A stretch of DNA of 64,000 nucleotides from Rubripirellula sp. (GCA_965216875.1 OZ244207.1:3072001-3136000), one strand, 5' to 3'; numbered from the stretch's first letter, positions 38,223-47,553 are shown. The notes: a model not told the origin generated them from the letters alone. Made by a program: numbers and translations.

Positions 38223-40310
38223 ATGATGGAACGAACCTCGAACCCAATCCTTCATCGTTTGCAGCAGACGCTCGAGACGGGTGCGCCACGAGAAGAAATC
38301 GCCAAAGCCCTCGAGGCGGCCGAGCAACTTGGCGACGAGCTACCGCCACTGCTTGCCTATCGTGCCGAAGAACGCATCGCCGCGGATCGAATGCTGGATC
38401 GACGTCGGATCGGATTCGGTGTCGGCGTTGCCGTGTCCATCTTCTTTGCGGCCGTACTGGCTGTCGGACTCTCAACACTTGATCGCTATCGCACTGCCAA
38501 TCGCGATCTTGACTTGCTTACCGAATTGATCAATCAAGAGAGTTGGCAAGAGGCACTCGACTATTTCGAAACCCTTTCCCCTGAAACACGTGGTCGCAAG
38601 GAATTCGTGACCGCTCACCAGCAGGTAAAAGAGGAACTCGATCGCGATCGAATGCGGGTGTCCGAATTCAAGCAATTGGTCGATGAAATCGAATCGGACC
38701 CCACCACTGAAATCGACGAGGTCTCTCTATCGCGACTTAAGGAGATCGCCAAGAGCGAGGAAGAACTTGAAATCGTTGCAAACCTCACGGCCGAAGCGGA
38801 TGAACAACGCTTGATGCGAGAGGCGGGCCGTGTACAAAACCAAACTCAGGCGTTTGACCAACTACAACAAGAAGTCGACGCCTTTTTCCAAGAGCAGCAA
38901 GAGAGCAAGGTCTTTGATCGGGCGAGGCAGACCGAGCTACAAACGAAGCTGCAAGAATTCTCGGCCAAGAACAGGTTGTCCAACCCCGATCTTGCTGAAG
39001 CGGCCAAGCAGACCTCTGCGCTTCTCACACGTGAACGTGAACGTGCGGACTTCATGGCCCAGCGGGAGCAAGGACTTTCCAACATCACCAACTCCGTCGG
39101 AAACCCTGACCAATTCCTGAAAGCCGTCCAAGCCTATGTCGTTCAATTCCCTGTGGACCCTAATTCGGAACAACTGAATGCGTTGGGCGGATTGAGCGGC
39201 ACCGTTCATTCGACTGTCGCCTGGATCAACGTCCTGCAAGACCCCACCTTTCAATCACCCGCGAACGTCCAGAGTCATGACGCGTCCGATTGGCTCGCGC
39301 TGGTCGATCAAGCGACCAAGAGTGCACCGGGGCATGCGCTTGCTACGCCCACACTGCCGTTGATCGCTCACTACCGCGCGATCGTCAAGCGTGATGAAGC
39401 GATCGAGGAAGTTCGGAATCGCCTCAAGCAACCCTTGTTAGAATCGGTCTACCGCTATCCAAGCGACGGCGGCTTCCTCTATTCCGACCAAAAGCCAGAG
39501 CTCGACTCACCACGAGCCCACGTGGTCGAATACTTTGCCGATTTGGCTCTCAATCGAGAAACGAAGAACTTTGGAGGCACGTTCAAGCAACGAGTCCTGC
39601 CTCAGGTGGCATTGTCGGGACATTGCGTCTACGCAACGAACGCAAACAAACTCGTCGCATCGATGAAACAATCAGATTTCACTGAGGTGATGTACCGATT
39701 GCTTGTCGAGCTGAAGACGCTCGAAGAGTCGGAGATTGATCCAATCCTGCAGTTGTCACTTCTGAAAGAGCTTCTTCAACAGGGCATCATTGGCAGTGAA
39801 CCAATCAACCACGGTTTTGGCGACCTCATCGATTCACTTGCCCAGAGCGGTTTCGACGAAACGGCCAACTGGCTACAACCCGACGTCCTAAATGAAAATG
39901 CAAAAGAGGCTCGATCGACCGCTCGCAAACTCCTTGCAGGAATGAACAACTGGAGCGAGAGAACCCAGCGTATGGGCGAGAGCTATCGCGAGTTCAAATC
40001 CGCGCGGCAGCCTGCACCTCGCTGGGTGGGCTGGGTCTCAAGTGGCCCCGACTCATCCCTGCTGGCCAGACTCAAGGACCAACTGGAGTCGGGCGAAATG
40101 CACGTTGTGGCGGTTGGCCAAGATACGGAACCATCGCTGGTCTCACTCGGCGATTATCCTGAGGCACTGATGGATAGTTCGTTACCAACAGATCGCAACA
40201 TTGTCCCCGGTTCGTTGATCTTATGGTCGCCCCATAATCCGGGCAGCACGTCAGAGGATCGCACCGCCGCGCAAGTGAATCAGCCAACTGCATCAAGCTC
40301 CGTGAACTAG
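38223..40310 (+). CDS. Single-pass membrane protein with a long helical/coiled-coil domain (hypothetical)
   Basis: RRR followed by TM IGFGVGVAVSIFFAAVLAVGL; about 600 aa of Glu/Gln/Leu-rich helical sequence. Confidence 0.75.
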   Translation: MMERTSNPILHRLQQTLETGAPREEIAKALEAAEQLGDELPPLLAYRAEERIAADRMLDRRRIGFGVGVAVSIFFAAVLAVGLSTLDRYRTANRDLDLLTELINQESWQEALDYFETLSPETRGRKEFVTAHQQVKEELDRDRMRVSEFKQLVDEIESDPTTEIDEVSLSRLKEIAKSEEELEIVANLTAEADEQRLMREAGRVQNQTQAFDQLQQEVDAFFQEQQESKVFDRARQTELQTKLQEFSAKNRLSNPDLAEAAKQTSALLTRERERADFMAQREQGLSNITNSVGNPDQFLKAVQAYVVQFPVDPNSEQLNALGGLSGTVHSTVAWINVLQDPTFQSPANVQSHDASDWLALVDQATKSAPGHALATPTLPLIAHYRAIVKRDEAIEEVRNRLKQPLLESVYRYPSDGGFLYSDQKPELDSPRAHVVEYFADLALNRETKNFGGTFKQRVLPQVALSGHCVYATNANKLVASMKQSDFTEVMYRLLVELKTLEESEIDPILQLSLLKELLQQGIIGSEPINHGFGDLIDSLAQSGFDETANWLQPDVLNENAKEARSTARKLLAGMNNWSERTQRMGESYREFKSARQPAPRWVGWVSSGPDSSLLARLKDQLESGEMHVVAVGQDTEPSLVSLGDYPEALMDSSLPTDRNIVPGSLILWSPHNPGSTSEDRTAAQVNQPTASSSVN

Positions 40311-40326
40311 ACTCCGACCAACGTCC

Positions 40327-41247
40327 ATGTCATCAACGTCCTCCGCCCCCACTGCTCCCCCCATCGCTGCCGACCGGCTGGTTTGGATGCGTCGCGATAT
40401 CGAGCGTCGGTTTGGATTCCGTGGATCACGATTCACACGTGTGGGAGGCGTGCTGCCAGCGATCCTGGCAGCATTAATGACGCTTGCCTTCTTCTTTGCC
40501 ATGTTTGCGATCGGAAGCAATTCATGGACGGACATGTTCATCCAGCGCGGTTGGACGCCCTACGTCATCGTTTTCTTTGCATTGTGGTCGTTGACCATCT
40601 TGATGATGAAGCGAAGCAAGCTGCGTTTCCAGCGACGCTCGTTGACGCTAACGGTGATTCCCGACGAGATCGACTTTGTTCTGTCATTGTCAACCGTCGG
40701 CCGAGTCATGCAGCGTCTGTACGAGGTCAGCGATGATCCAAAATCGTTCGTACTACTGAATCGTATTTACGTCGGCCTTTCGAACGTCCGAAACCTTGGT
40801 CGCGTCGCCGACCTTGGCGAAGTCTTGCGCACACAAGCCGACCACGACGAATCGGTGATGGAGACAAGTTTCAATCTGATTCGCGGTCTCGTTTGGGCAA
40901 TTCCGATTCTCGGATTCATTGGAACGGTTTCGGGGCTTTCGCTGGCCATTGGCGGATTCGGACGCGTGCTGAGCCAAACCGATGATCCGTCACAATTGAT
41001 TGAAGCGCTCAAAGGGGTCACTGGCGGATTGGCGACCGCATTTGAAACCACCTTGCTGGCGCTGATTGCAGCCTTGCTCGTGCAAATGGCGATGACCCTG
41101 CAGAAGAAACGCGAAGAAGAGTTTCTTGATGAGTGCGCAGACTATTGCCAACGCGAAGTTCTCAGTCGCCTTCGCCTCTCGGAAGCCCCAAAAGTGGTCG
41201 ACGAAGTGATCGTCGTCTCGGATGAAGACTTGATGGTGGAGCCGTAG
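40327..41247 (+). CDS. MotA/TolQ/ExbB proton-channel family protein
   Basis: WAIPILGFIGTVSGLSLAIGGF and GLATAFETTLLALIAAL match the conserved TM motifs; four TMs. Confidence 0.9.
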   Translation: MSSTSSAPTAPPIAADRLVWMRRDIERRFGFRGSRFTRVGGVLPAILAALMTLAFFFAMFAIGSNSWTDMFIQRGWTPYVIVFFALWSLTILMMKRSKLRFQRRSLTLTVIPDEIDFVLSLSTVGRVMQRLYEVSDDPKSFVLLNRIYVGLSNVRNLGRVADLGEVLRTQADHDESVMETSFNLIRGLVWAIPILGFIGTVSGLSLAIGGFGRVLSQTDDPSQLIEALKGVTGGLATAFETTLLALIAALLVQMAMTLQKKREEEFLDECADYCQREVLSRLRLSEAPKVVDEVIVVSDEDLMVEP

Positions 41248-41251
41248 GCCA

Positions 41252-42085
41252 ATGCGGAGGCGCCGCCACGACCATACGCTCAGCCTTTTCTCTTTCCAGG
41301 ACATCATCACTGGCGTCGCTGGAGTGATGCTGTTCATCCTGTTGTTGTTGGTCGTTCAAATGTCGCTGCGTACCGCTGCAGCCCAGAACGACGAGTTCGG
41401 CGGAGTCGTGCAACAGACAGAACCTGAGCCAGAACCGCAGCCGCCGACCGTTGATACGACGGACCTACGCAAGATGCAGCAGCGTCTGGAAGAACTGCGG
41501 CGTCGGAATGCCGAGCTTATGCAAACGAGCATCGAAGAACTTGACACGAAGCTTCAGGAAAAATCGAACGAACTCGACGAGCTGCTCGATTCTGTCGACC
41601 AAATGAAACGGCAGACGACCGAGATGGATCAACAGATCGCCGCGGCCGATACCGACCAAGAAAAGACGGACGCGATTGGGCAGCGCGACGCACTCCAATC
41701 ACAACTCGAACGACTTGAATCAGAAAAAGCCAAACATGCCCAAGGGCGTCTGATTGCCTTTCGAGCGATGCACTCGGGTGTGAAAGAGCTTTGGATCATT
41801 GACGTTCGCGGCACAAGCACGACCATCTTTGACGCGAATTCGCCCGATGAAGCGATGTCTGTCGACTATCAGCGGTACGCGCCAAGCTTCGACATGGTCA
41901 ACGACATCTGCAATCGGTTGGATGAAAAAACGAAAACGAAGAACATTGTGCTGTTGCTGCGACCGTCTATCGCGGGTGTTGCCCCCGACGTGATGTCGGC
42001 CTTCCAGAACCGCGGCTACAACGTCGCGTTAGAACTGCTCGATGAAGACACCCAAGTGGCTCGCAATGAGGCCACAGCAAAATGA
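41252..42085 (+). CDS. ExbD/MotB-like single-TM partner with a long periplasmic coiled coil
   Basis: MRRRR...SLFSFQDIITGVAGVMLFILLLL (Asp at the TM start), Pro-rich linker, heptad coiled coil, small alpha/beta C-domain (IVLLLRPS). Confidence 0.65.
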   Translation: MRRRRHDHTLSLFSFQDIITGVAGVMLFILLLLVVQMSLRTAAAQNDEFGGVVQQTEPEPEPQPPTVDTTDLRKMQQRLEELRRRNAELMQTSIEELDTKLQEKSNELDELLDSVDQMKRQTTEMDQQIAAADTDQEKTDAIGQRDALQSQLERLESEKAKHAQGRLIAFRAMHSGVKELWIIDVRGTSTTIFDANSPDEAMSVDYQRYAPSFDMVNDICNRLDEKTKTKNIVLLLRPSIAGVAPDVMSAFQNRGYNVALELLDEDTQVARNEATAK

Positions 42086-42981
42086 GCCGTCGACGCCAAT
42101 CATCCGATCAAGAAGATTCGCTTGACCTTCTGCTCGACACCGTGTCGAACGTTTTTGGCGGCGTCATGTTCCTCACGCTCTTGGCAGCGTTGTTGATCCT
42201 GTCGCGTGGGAGTTCACCCAAACCCGAACCCGAGGAAACCGTCAAGCATCAACCTGACCCCAAGGTCAATGCCGAGCTTGTCCAGACGCAACAACAGCAG
42301 TTTGCCAGCGAACTTGCAGCACTTGAAAAGTCCATTCAGCGTCTCGACCCCAACGGAACAACCTCTCAAAAAGTCGAGCGTCTCGCCAATCTCGAGGCAA
42401 CGGTCAAGCTAGCGCAGAAGCAACACAAGCGTGTCGAGGCAACGGTCACCGATCGTCAAAGCCAACTTGATGACCAGGACGCCGCACAGTCTGACTTAGA
42501 ACAGCAGATCGAAACGCTCACTTCAAAAATTGCCGATGCCTCCGAGGAAATGAAACAAGTGCGTCAGGAGTCGGCGCGCACCGTTCAATTCCGACCGCTG
42601 ACCTCATCACGATCGATGGAGACCGTGATCATTCTTCGCTATGGGCGTTGGTACCTTCTATTCAATGGACCACACGGTGGACTCAATCGACGCGACTTCT
42701 TTGTTCTGCCAGGTGAGGACGGCGTCAAGTCGGTCACGCCCAAACCGCATCGTGGCAACGTCGTCAATGCCGAGACACTGCCGCTGCTAATCCAAAAGAT
42801 TCGCCCCCTCTTTCCACCTCGGCGTTTTCACGTGACCATCGCGGTCTGGGACGATTCCTTCGCCGAATTCAACCCACTCAAAGATGCCTTGAGCGCAGCG
42901 GGCTACAAATACCGAACGCTCCCGTGCGATAGCACATCACGATTGACCAACCAAGCAGCAGTCGACCCATTCGTGCAGTAG
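42082..42981 (+). CDS. Second ExbD/MotB-like single-TM partner with coiled coil
   Basis: MSRRR...DSLDLLLDTVSNVFGGVMFLTLLAALL; coiled coil; C-domain with VWDDSFAEF; ATGA overlap with the upstream gene. Confidence 0.65.
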   Translation: MSRRRQSSDQEDSLDLLLDTVSNVFGGVMFLTLLAALLILSRGSSPKPEPEETVKHQPDPKVNAELVQTQQQQFASELAALEKSIQRLDPNGTTSQKVERLANLEATVKLAQKQHKRVEATVTDRQSQLDDQDAAQSDLEQQIETLTSKIADASEEMKQVRQESARTVQFRPLTSSRSMETVIILRYGRWYLLFNGPHGGLNRRDFFVLPGEDGVKSVTPKPHRGNVVNAETLPLLIQKIRPLFPPRRFHVTIAVWDDSFAEFNPLKDALSAAGYKYRTLPCDSTSRLTNQAAVDPFVQ

Positions 42982-43036
42982 ATCGCGGTTTCCATCTGTC
43001 GCTTTCGATAACAGAGGAAAGCCACAGAGAACTCCG

Positions 43037-43077
43037 AGGTCACAGAGAAGGCATGAAACCAAATCACTCTGTGACCT
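43037..43077. repeat. Inverted repeat (REP-like or terminator hairpin)
   Basis: AGGTCACAGAG (43037-43047) and CTCTGTGACCT (43067-43077), with an extra CACAGAGA copy at 43023. Confidence 0.6.
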
Positions 43078-43094
43078 AGCTTTAGCCCATCATC

Positions 43095-43124
43095 GTCTTC
43101 GTAGTGGACGAGGCAACGAGTCCC
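43095..43124 (+). repeat. Solo GTAG-type REP-like element
   Basis: GTCTTCGTAGTGGACGAGGCAACGAGTCCC is identical over 30 bp to 61445-61474. Confidence 0.8.
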
Positions 43125-43178
43125 TTTCGATCACCCCATCTTGACTCTTTGCCCTGTTGCTGGCTCTCGATAGTCTTA

Positions 43179-43261
43179 GACAAAAAGATGGGGGACAGAA
43201 AAATGAAAGCCGATACCCCAACGACTAGGCTCCATCTTTTTGTCCTTCATTTTTCTGTCCC
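43179..43261. repeat. Double inverted-repeat element
   Basis: GACAAAAAGATGG pairs with CCATCTTTTTGTC and GGGACAGAAAAATGAA pairs with TTCATTTTTCTGTCCC. Confidence 0.75.
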
Positions 43262-43316
43262 TCTTTCCTGATCGCGCGGAACAGTAACTGTCCAGAGCGC
43301 AGGACGATCGGGCAGG

Positions 43317-44846
43317 TCATGACGGGTGCAGCTCGGTCAAGAATTGATTTGCCGTCGCGAGATGCTGCTCACGTTTCACGGCATCCATCTTCTCGGCCAT
43401 CCGGCACATCATTGCCCAACGCGGGTTCTTGCCGAGTTCTTTTCGGTGGTTCCAGATCCAGCGCCAATAGAGTCCGTCCCAGGCGTCGCACCACGGCCCC
43501 TTGGCATAGTGACTCATCTTTCGCACGTACGATGAACCGCTGAAATAGGGTTTCGTCGTGATCAGCCCGCCATCCGCGTTTTGGCTCATCGCATACACAT
43601 TGGGAACCATCACCCAATCGTAGCTGTCGACGTACATCTCCATAAACCATTTGTAGATTGCGTCCGGCTTGATCTCGCAAAGAAACATGAACCCGCCCAA
43701 TACCATCAGCCGTTCGATGTGATGGCTGTACCCTGTCTCGAGCAAACGCCTGATTGTGTCGTCGACCGGGTCGATGCCCGTGGTCGCATCGTAGAAACAA
43801 TCAGGCATGGCATGTTCGTGTTTCCAATGGTTGCCAGTCCTCATTCGCACGCCGATGTCTTCATAGGTCGCTCGCATGAATTCGCGCCAACCGATGATTT
43901 GCCGAATGAAACCCTCCACTGAGTTGAGGGGAATCGAATGCTGGTCGGCATAGTCCAACGTTTGCCGAACAATACGTTCGGGCGTAAGCAAGCCGATGTT
44001 CAACATCGGTGTCAACACGCTGTGCCAGAGCCAAGACTCACCCTCAACGATCGCATCTTCGTAATCGCCGAATCGTTCAAAGCGATGCTCGAGAAAATGC
44101 TTCAACCATGTTTCCGCATTCTCGTGCGATGTCGGGTAGACCAGTTGCGAAAGCTCACCTGGATGATCGGCGAATCTCTCTTCGACATACTCGCGAGCAT
44201 CAAGCTCGAACGCGTCATGGGGTACGATCCAATTGGGCGGAATTTCATTCAACAATCGCTTCGGGACTTTTTTTCGATTCTCGTCGTCGAAACTCCAGCG
44301 ACCTCCAACAGGGCCGCCTACTTCATCCAGCAGAATGCCCAAACGTGTGCGTTGCCATTTGTAGAAGTCGGCCATCGCCCAACGTTTCTTGCCCGCACGG
44401 TAAGTTTCGTTCTGCTCTCGCTGGTTGAGGAAACTCGGGTTGGGCAATAGCCGCAGCTTCAACCCGAGGTGTTCACATTGTTGTCGAAGTCGCTTTTCGG
44501 CAACGAAATCGGTTGGATCCACCACAGCGATCTCTCCGCCTGCATTTTCCAGCTCATCCTTCAGGATGGATCCGAGCGTATCGCCCGGATTGTAGTCGGC
44601 GTAGAAAACTGAATACCCGTCATCACTGAGCCCCTTTGCGAAGCGTTTCATCGTCGCGCGGTGCAGCCAAAGCTTTTGCTGATGGAATTTCGCTGGGTAA
44701 CGCTGATCCCCGAAAAAGAGCGGATGCTCCCAAAGCAGTACGCGATCGGGTTTGAATGCCAGCCCTGGATGGTCTCGGAAGAGCTGGTGGGGCAATACGA
44801 GTAGGAGCACAGTGGCCTCGTCAGGGTGAATTGCTTGCGACGCCAT
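43317..44846 (-). CDS. Cryptochrome/photolyase family protein, bacterial (6-4) photolyase (PhrB/CryB-like) clade
   Basis: LPHQLF, FHQQKL..HRA.M, M.DFY..QR, GG.WSFDDENRK, FG.YEDA, HS.L.P.LNIGLL, EGFIRQIIGWREF, GYSHHIERLM, DSYDWVMVPNV, TKPY.SGS.Y.RKMS. Confidence 0.9.
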   Translation of the reverse strand: MASQAIHPDEATVLLLVLPHQLFRDHPGLAFKPDRVLLWEHPLFFGDQRYPAKFHQQKLWLHRATMKRFAKGLSDDGYSVFYADYNPGDTLGSILKDELENAGGEIAVVDPTDFVAEKRLRQQCEHLGLKLRLLPNPSFLNQREQNETYRAGKKRWAMADFYKWQRTRLGILLDEVGGPVGGRWSFDDENRKKVPKRLLNEIPPNWIVPHDAFELDAREYVEERFADHPGELSQLVYPTSHENAETWLKHFLEHRFERFGDYEDAIVEGESWLWHSVLTPMLNIGLLTPERIVRQTLDYADQHSIPLNSVEGFIRQIIGWREFMRATYEDIGVRMRTGNHWKHEHAMPDCFYDATTGIDPVDDTIRRLLETGYSHHIERLMVLGGFMFLCEIKPDAIYKWFMEMYVDSYDWVMVPNVYAMSQNADGGLITTKPYFSGSSYVRKMSHYAKGPWCDAWDGLYWRWIWNHRKELGKNPRWAMMCRMAEKMDAVKREQHLATANQFLTELHPS

Positions 44847-44936
44847 AGTTTAGGTGGGCGAATAGCCCGCGATTTGCGACGATTTGCCAAATTCCTAGAG
44901 TGCTTTACATCATCAATGCTCTACGCGGGACCACCT

Positions 44937-45386
44937 ATGTCACAATTCGCCACCTGGGCTCTGCTCATTCAACTTGCAACCACATTAGCGATGGTGGGCT
45001 TGATTTGGTTTGTCCAGGTTGTTCACTACCCGCTATTCTCGCGAGTCGGCGAGTCCGAATTCAAGCAATACGAAGTGGACCACCAACGCCTGACCACTTT
45101 GGTCGTCGGACCGCTCATGTTGCTCGAACTCGCATCGGCCGCGTTCCTCGTGTGGGAAAACCCGACCGCGATCAGCTCAGGCATCGTTTGGTCTGGCCTG
45201 CTGTTGCTGCTGTCAATTTGGGCCGTTACCTACGCGGTCCAAGTACCTCAACACATGATCCTGACTGAAGCGTATGACGCCGCCGTCCAAAAGAAACTTG
45301 TGCTCGGGAACTGGTATCGCACGATCGCCTGGTCGGCGCGAGGTGGTCTTCTGCTGTTCGCCGTTTCACAGGTGATCAAACCGTAA
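44937..45386 (+). CDS. Conserved four-TM membrane protein (hypothetical)
   Basis: GLIWFVQVVHYPLF, H...VVGPLMLLE, QVPQH..L, NWYRT.AW; start at ATG 44937. Confidence 0.75.
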   Translation: MSQFATWALLIQLATTLAMVGLIWFVQVVHYPLFSRVGESEFKQYEVDHQRLTTLVVGPLMLLELASAAFLVWENPTAISSGIVWSGLLLLLSIWAVTYAVQVPQHMILTEAYDAAVQKKLVLGNWYRTIAWSARGGLLLFAVSQVIKP

Positions 45387-45394
45387 GCGCAATA

Positions 45395-45426
45395 AGAAAA
45401 CGCGGCCACAGGGACGTGACCGCGTT
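45395..45426 (-). terminator. Rho-independent terminator between convergent genes
   Basis: The minus strand reads AACGCGGTCAC-GTCCCT-GTGGCCGCGTT-TTCTT: an 11-bp stem with one G-U pair and a U-rich tail, downstream of the DUF1080 gene. Confidence 0.65.
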
Positions 45427-45476
45427 AAAGTAACGACGCTAGTTTCGCGGAGCGAAAGGCGACAATAAGAAGGGGA

Positions 45477-46184
45477 CTACAGTTCTCGGATTTGGATGTT
45501 GCGCCACGCGACGTCGAAAGGACCGGTGCCAGCCTTGATGCCGTGAACCTGCAATCCGATGTGTCCCTTCGGATGCGATTTGTAGATCACGTCGTGCGTC
45601 AAATCAGCAACAGGATTACCATTGATCCAAGTTTGGATACGTGGGCCTTTCGCGAGAATTCGAATCTCGTTCCACTCACCGTTTTTCATGTGTTCGTGTG
45701 CATGGCCCTTCTCTTGTGGCTCCGGCGAAAGCCATCCGAGTCCGGTTGCCTCGCCGTAGATGTATGCCGACTGTCCAGGGCTCGCTTCGATTTCGACCTG
45801 AGGACCAAAGAAACGGCCAAGCTGACCGTGCCGGTTCTTTTTACCAGACTTGGTCGCTTCCGCTTCGAGATCTTCTTTGGTCTTTCCGCGCGATCGAATC
45901 TGACAGCCTGAGTTCAGCTTGTCATGCACTTTGACTTCGAACTTCAATTCAAAGTCGCCGTATTGATTGTCCGAAGCCAAGAACGAATTCGGGCTTCCTT
46001 CGACCGTCTTGCCGTAGATCGTGCCGTCAACCACTTTGTATTCGGCATTACCATGCTCGGCTTGATGCCAACCATCCAACGTCTTGCCATCGAAAATGGA
46101 AACGAAACCTTCTTCGGCGGACAAAAACGATGGCATTGCAATGCATGCCGAAACGAACAGCATGCGTGTAAACGATTGATTCAC
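45477..46184 (-). CDS. DUF1080 (3-keto-disaccharide hydrolase-like) secreted protein
   Basis: Signal peptide; GFVSIFDGKTLDGW, YGDFELKFE, NSG.QIRS, GEWN, TWING, G.IGLQVH, WRNIQIREL. GTG 46184 has a GGAG upstream. Confidence 0.88.
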   Translation of the reverse strand: MNQSFTRMLFVSACIAMPSFLSAEEGFVSIFDGKTLDGWHQAEHGNAEYKVVDGTIYGKTVEGSPNSFLASDNQYGDFELKFEVKVHDKLNSGCQIRSRGKTKEDLEAEATKSGKKNRHGQLGRFFGPQVEIEASPGQSAYIYGEATGLGWLSPEPQEKGHAHEHMKNGEWNEIRILAKGPRIQTWINGNPVADLTHDVIYKSHPKGHIGLQVHGIKAGTGPFDVAWRNIQIREL

Positions 46185-46251
46185 AAATAGTCTCCGTGGT
46201 GGGATTCGGGTGGGGTGGGATTCAGGTGGGGTGGATTCTGGCGGGGGAGGA

Positions 46252-47553
46252 TTAGGCCCAATCACGTTGCGGTCGACGAATCAGGCGGTTGGCCTCGTCA
46301 TCGTCAAAGGTCTCGGTTTTCGGGTCGATCGTTAATTTGCGTCCCAAGATCCATGACAATGCGGCTGCATGAGAAGCAATGTGCGACCGACGCATCACGG
46401 TTTGGTTACAAACCGGCATTTCTCGGGTCTTCACGCAATCGAAAAAGTTCCGGGCATGAGCCGAGACGTCCAATCCGCGCACGCGTTTGGTTTGCTGGAT
46501 GTCCAGGTTAACCGAATCGGGCTTGAACACAATCTCGCCACTGTCACCCGTTTCTACCGAGGCTTCCTCGCCTTCGAAGCGTACCGGACACGTTCCCAGT
46601 CGCGTGATCCACCGAGGGCCGCGATTACCAAACGGGTCTTTCAGGAAATCGATCACCAGCTCGACCCCATTTTCGTAGCTGCAGACGATGTTCTTGTCGT
46701 TCGCGTCGTAGGTCAGCGGCATGGTGTCGTCGGCGCCATTTGCCCACTGACAAAGGTCGACGGTGTGGGCCCCCCAGTCGAGCAATCGTGCGCCGGAATC
46801 AAAATCGTGATAGCCGCGCCAGCGCCCATGAACATACTTCTCGTTGTAGGGTCGCCAGGGGGCTGGCCCAAGCCAAAGGTTCCAGTCGCAAATCTCTTTC
46901 GGAGGCGTTTTTTCGCCGGGCAACCACGCATTGTCGAGTGTTGGCATGTAGACGGTCGCATAAAGCGTCTTGAGCGGACCAAGTTTGCCGGTTTGCGCAA
47001 GCGCTGCGGCCGCTTGAAAGTTCGGGACGCTTCGCCGCTGTGTCCCAGCCTGGAACACGCGGCCGGTGCGAGTGAACGTCTCTGCCAAGTCCTGGCAATC
47101 ACCGATCGTGATCCCACAGGGCTTCTCGCTGTAGACGTCTTTTCCCGCTTCCGCAGCAAGCATCGACGCCTTGGCATGCCAACGATCTCCCGTCGCAACG
47201 ATCACGGTATCGATATCGTCTCGGGCAAGCATCTCTCGAAAGTCACGATACAACGCACAGTCGTTATTGCCATAATGGCCATCGACAAGAGCCTTGCCGG
47301 CATCTCGGCGTGTTTTCTGGACATCTGAAATCGCAACACACTGAACATCCTTCAGCTGCAGCATCGATTTGAGATCATAGGTGCAACGCGGGCCGATGCC
47401 GACAACACCGAGCGTCAGCTTTTCGGACGGAGCGACGCTGTCGCCAGCCCCGAAAGCCTTCGATGAAACAAAGTAGGGAGCAACACCGGTGGCGGCCGCT
47501 GCCGAAAGAAAACGGCGCCGATTTGGCTTTGATGGGAAGGAGCCCTTTTGCAC
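46252..47553 (-). CDS. Tat-exported Gfo/Idh/MocA family oxidoreductase
   Basis: NRRRFL twin-arginine signal; LGVVGIG, ATGDRWHA, GKDVYSEKP, FQAGTQRRS, WNLWLGPAP, DWGAH. GTG 47553 has a GAGGA RBS. Confidence 0.9.
   Translation of the reverse strand: MQKGSFPSKPNRRRFLSAAAATGVAPYFVSSKAFGAGDSVAPSEKLTLGVVGIGPRCTYDLKSMLQLKDVQCVAISDVQKTRRDAGKALVDGHYGNNDCALYRDFREMLARDDIDTVIVATGDRWHAKASMLAAEAGKDVYSEKPCGITIGDCQDLAETFTRTGRVFQAGTQRRSVPNFQAAAALAQTGKLGPLKTLYATVYMPTLDNAWLPGEKTPPKEICDWNLWLGPAPWRPYNEKYVHGRWRGYHDFDSGARLLDWGAHTVDLCQWANGADDTMPLTYDANDKNIVCSYENGVELVIDFLKDPFGNRGPRWITRLGTCPVRFEGEEASVETGDSGEIVFKPDSVNLDIQQTKRVRGLDVSAHARNFFDCVKTREMPVCNQTVMRRSHIASHAAALSWILGRKLTIDPKTETFDDDEANRLIRRPQRDWA

Noticed and set aside
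40327..42981. Zorya (ZorAB) defence system or flagellar MotAB
   Set aside because: There is no OmpA-like peptidoglycan-binding domain, no long ZorA cytoplasmic tail, no ZorC/D/E-like gene and no flagellar context. Kept as an unassigned motor.
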